Positions 20,520 to 23,008 of a DNA stretch of 23,008 nucleotides are shown piece by piece. The stretch spans positions 8,005,262 through 8,028,269 of the forward strand of contig BDGG01000001.1 of the NCBI GenBank assembly GCA_001949185.1, written 5' to 3'. The position numbers and the translations under genes are program-made. This DNA comes from Ramazzottius varieornatus (lineage: Eukaryota > Animalia > Tardigrada). Numbering within the stretch: position 1 is the stretch's first letter; each line of letters begins with the position of its first letter. The notes beneath the pieces are model-generated. The model was not told the DNA's origin. It made no database searches and saw nothing but the letters and a program-made list of their open reading frames with translations.

Positions 20520-21554
20520 GAAAGCTTATCACCACCTGCTAAGATTCTTCGATTAACTTGCGCGAAAGCCGACCACCGTCACAAAATGGCCGTGCGAATG
20601 ATGGAACTAAGAAGACTGAATGAGCTTAAGGTGAAGATGTCGAGGTCCTATCGAAACCAAAGTTTAGCGGAAAAACCTTCAACGGACAAGCTGCATGGCT
20701 TCGTCACCATTCATCATCCCTGTGGACGCTTAGGAAACACTATGTTTCAAATAGCTTCGCTACTGGGAATTGCGCGAACGAACAATTTAATTCCTGTCGG
20801 CTTCAACGTGGATGGAAAGAATATATCGGTTTTTGAGGGTGTCTGGTTCTTTGATAAGGCACACATGGCTACCGTTAGTGTCAACAACAACTTTTGTGTT
20901 GTAAAGGAAGATGGTGTAGGAACATACGCTCCGAAAACAGGTAATCTGTCGGCAAACTGCAAAAATTCTTCTGCGTCTATTTCTGGATGTCTTCAGTCAT
21001 GGAAATATTTTGCGAATTCGACACTTGAGGTTTCTCTGTTGCTGACTTTTGCGGCCGGCATTTATCGTAGTGCGGAAGTGAGGCTGATTCAGGGGTATGC
21101 TCAACTTGAAAAACATCCGGAGAACTTGGGTCGTCTTTTAACAATAGGAGTTCACGTTCGTCGGACCGATTTCACGCAAGCCGGATGGAACAACTATGGT
21201 TTAGTGCCGGCCCCAGAAAAGTACTTACTGGGGACGCTGTCCGAGGTCGAAGCAAAGTATCCGTCTTCCTTAATCTTTGTGATCGGAGATGATTACGGGT
21301 ATTCCAAAACCTTATTCAACCGGACGAATATTCATGTGTTTCCACCAAGTGAATTTCCTGAAGTGGACATGGCTGTAATGCACATGATGGACAGGCTCAT
21401 CATCTCTGCTGGAAGTTTTGGGTGGTGGTGTGGCTACTTGAGCCGAGCGGACGAAGTTTACTATTATAAAGACTGGCCGAAGATTGGGAGTGGTCTCGAA
21501 CTACTCTTCAACAGAAAAGACTACTTCCCATCCCACTGGACCGGACGATCATGA
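20520..21554 (+). CDS. Galactoside alpha-1,2-fucosyltransferase-like protein, CAZy GT11 (stem and catalytic exon)
   Basis: GRLGNTMFQIAS, GCLQSWKYF, GVHVRRTDF, DMAVMHMMDRLIISAGSFGWWCGYL, DYFPSHW. Preceded by a polypyrimidine acceptor ttttttctgatttacag ending at 20519. Confidence 0.94.
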   Translation, partial: ESLSPPAKILRLTCAKADHRHKMAVRMMELRRLNELKVKMSRSYRNQSLAEKPSTDKLHGFVTIHHPCGRLGNTMFQIASLLGIARTNNLIPVGFNVDGKNISVFEGVWFFDKAHMATVSVNNNFCVVKEDGVGTYAPKTGNLSANCKNSSASISGCLQSWKYFANSTLEVSLLLTFAAGIYRSAEVRLIQGYAQLEKHPENLGRLLTIGVHVRRTDFTQAGWNNYGLVPAPEKYLLGTLSEVEAKYPSSLIFVIGDDYGYSKTLFNRTNIHVFPPSEFPEVDMAVMHMMDRLIISAGSFGWWCGYLSRADEVYYYKDWPKIGSGLELLFNRKDYFPSHWTGRS

Positions 21555-22220
21555 AACAGTTCATGACCATCAAGATAGTATGCCTTTTTGGAATAATTGT
21601 TCGAGCGAATTTTGGAGTTAGTCGTTCATGCTGAAAGCTGTCGTTTTGAAAACACAGCTAAATGAATTGACCCTGCCAGCCGAATACATTCGGTGTCTAG
21701 TATATATCTGATACGAGCAAAGAATTTATCAATGTACCTTAACTGCTTGGAAGGCAAGCGCAGCAAAAAAAGTGGACAAAACAGTGGTATGCATGATCGA
21801 AAGTCGTATTGCAGTGCTCAGTAAGCAGGCGCAGAAACTAAACGGCTAAATTTCCGTTTCTGACATCAGGACCGGTTGATTGCATAGTTGCTACATTAGA
21901 TTGGTTCTAGACATTTTGTGCGAAAACTGCGCACAAAGTGCGTCTCGCGTACACGTCAATAGGCTTGCATTAGCTTACAGCGCTATTGCTATATATCAGT
22001 ATTTACGCCGTACAGTGCAACATGCATCAACTTGTCCAACACCCCATACGTGCTTAAGCGTCTGCGTTGGGAACTCGAAGCAAATTTCGAGATTTTCGGT
22101 GTGCCAAAGTGTGAGCAATCGGGAATCCACCGTAATTTCCATATACTGTTATCCTTTGATCTCGTTGTTCAGACAAATTTCTTAAGATCAGCGAACTGAA
22201 GTTCCTCAAACTTTTCTTTA

Positions 22221-22959
22221 CAGCCCGTTCACGCCAACTTTCTACCACCTGCAACTTCGACGTACAAAAAATAAAGAAGGCATCTGTTCCTTTCTTGCCT
22301 ATACAATATCATACAACTTTTCAAGCAGCTTCTAGTGAGCTATGGTTGGATAACATAAGTTGAGAGATGGTTCCGAAAAACAGGTTAATACGACTTCCGG
22401 TGGGAAACATTAATCATCACGAACAAAACGTGCTCTGTGGAATTCCAGGCGTGAGTAAAAACCTCAATTCGATTTCAACAAGCGAACAGATACTTAGGAT
22501 GTTAAATAAAATTAGACGAGACTGCAGCAAAGCCCTGCAAGCGTGGCAAGTGAATTAAATCCGACAAATTCGACCGTTTTGCCGGTAAACCCCCTCCTCT
22601 ATAAGAAATTCCAGGTCGTGACCTGAACGGCACATCGGTACTTTCGACCAATTTCCCTAAAGAACAGTCTGTGTTCTACTTACTGTGAACCAAAAAACAG
22701 CAGAAATTTAAACCGAAATTGTAGAAAATATTTTCGAAAACACCCCCAAAAATTTTGAAAGTTGGTGCAATTTTTGCGTTTCCCGACCGCTACTTTAATG
22801 TCAATTGTAACTTCTAGTAAACGGATTCCAGGTCAGTAGGTTTTCCTGAGGTAGCCAATAAGATGCCCGATCGAGGAAAACTGGTTATGAAGTTGCGCGA
22901 TTATCGCGTGGAGGACGGCTTGAATAAATAGGTGGTAGCAAGTTGGCGTGAACGGGCTG
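22221..22959 (+). mobile_element. 739-bp non-autonomous Tc1/mariner-type element (MITE) with 30-bp TIRs and TA target duplication
   Basis: cagcccgttcacgccaactttctaccacct (22221-22250) vs reverse complement of 22930-22959 match at 29/30. TA lies at 22219-22220 and 22960-22961. Confidence 0.92.
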
Positions 22960-23008
22960 TAAATTAGTGTTAAAGCGCGAAGTTGCAGACCGAGTCAGTT
23001 TTCGAGCT

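Noticed and set aside
22011-22030. TACAGTG Tc1-like end resembling the sequence at 1292-1311
   Set aside because: Short gapped direct match and no inverted partner inside the window.
1-22883. Polinton/Maverick or viral element suggested by long terminal inverted repeats and ~23-kb size
   Set aside because: No pPolB, retroviral-type integrase, packaging ATPase or capsid ORFs. The repeats are explained by a TA-flanked MITE.

Overview
Eukaryotic, transposon-rich genomic DNA with spliceosomal-type splice signals, probably from a compact invertebrate genome (a tardigrade is plausible but cannot be established). Two divergently oriented GT11 alpha-1,2-fucosyltransferase genes are the only clearly intact host genes (7977-9074 minus; 20520-21554 plus, with a probable transmembrane-anchor first exon at 17050-17259). 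Around them lie: a decayed CRE-like non-LTR retrotransposon fragment (536-1184); an Ngaro/DIRS tyrosine-recombinase retrotransposon with open gag, an in-frame deletion of RT/RNase H and a recombinase with two stops (1631-4126); an internally deleted PIF/Harbinger-like element (14981-16830); three TA-flanked Tc1/mariner-type MITEs (6991-7330, 13438-14024, 22221-22959); and a 223-bp-arm inverted repeat (19663-20200). The most striking structure is that bases 1-535 are an apparently perfect inverted copy of 22349-22883. The left copy has lost its inner TIR, so the whole ~23 kb block including both fucosyltransferases is bracketed like a composite transposon. All alignments were made by eye and no database searches were run.
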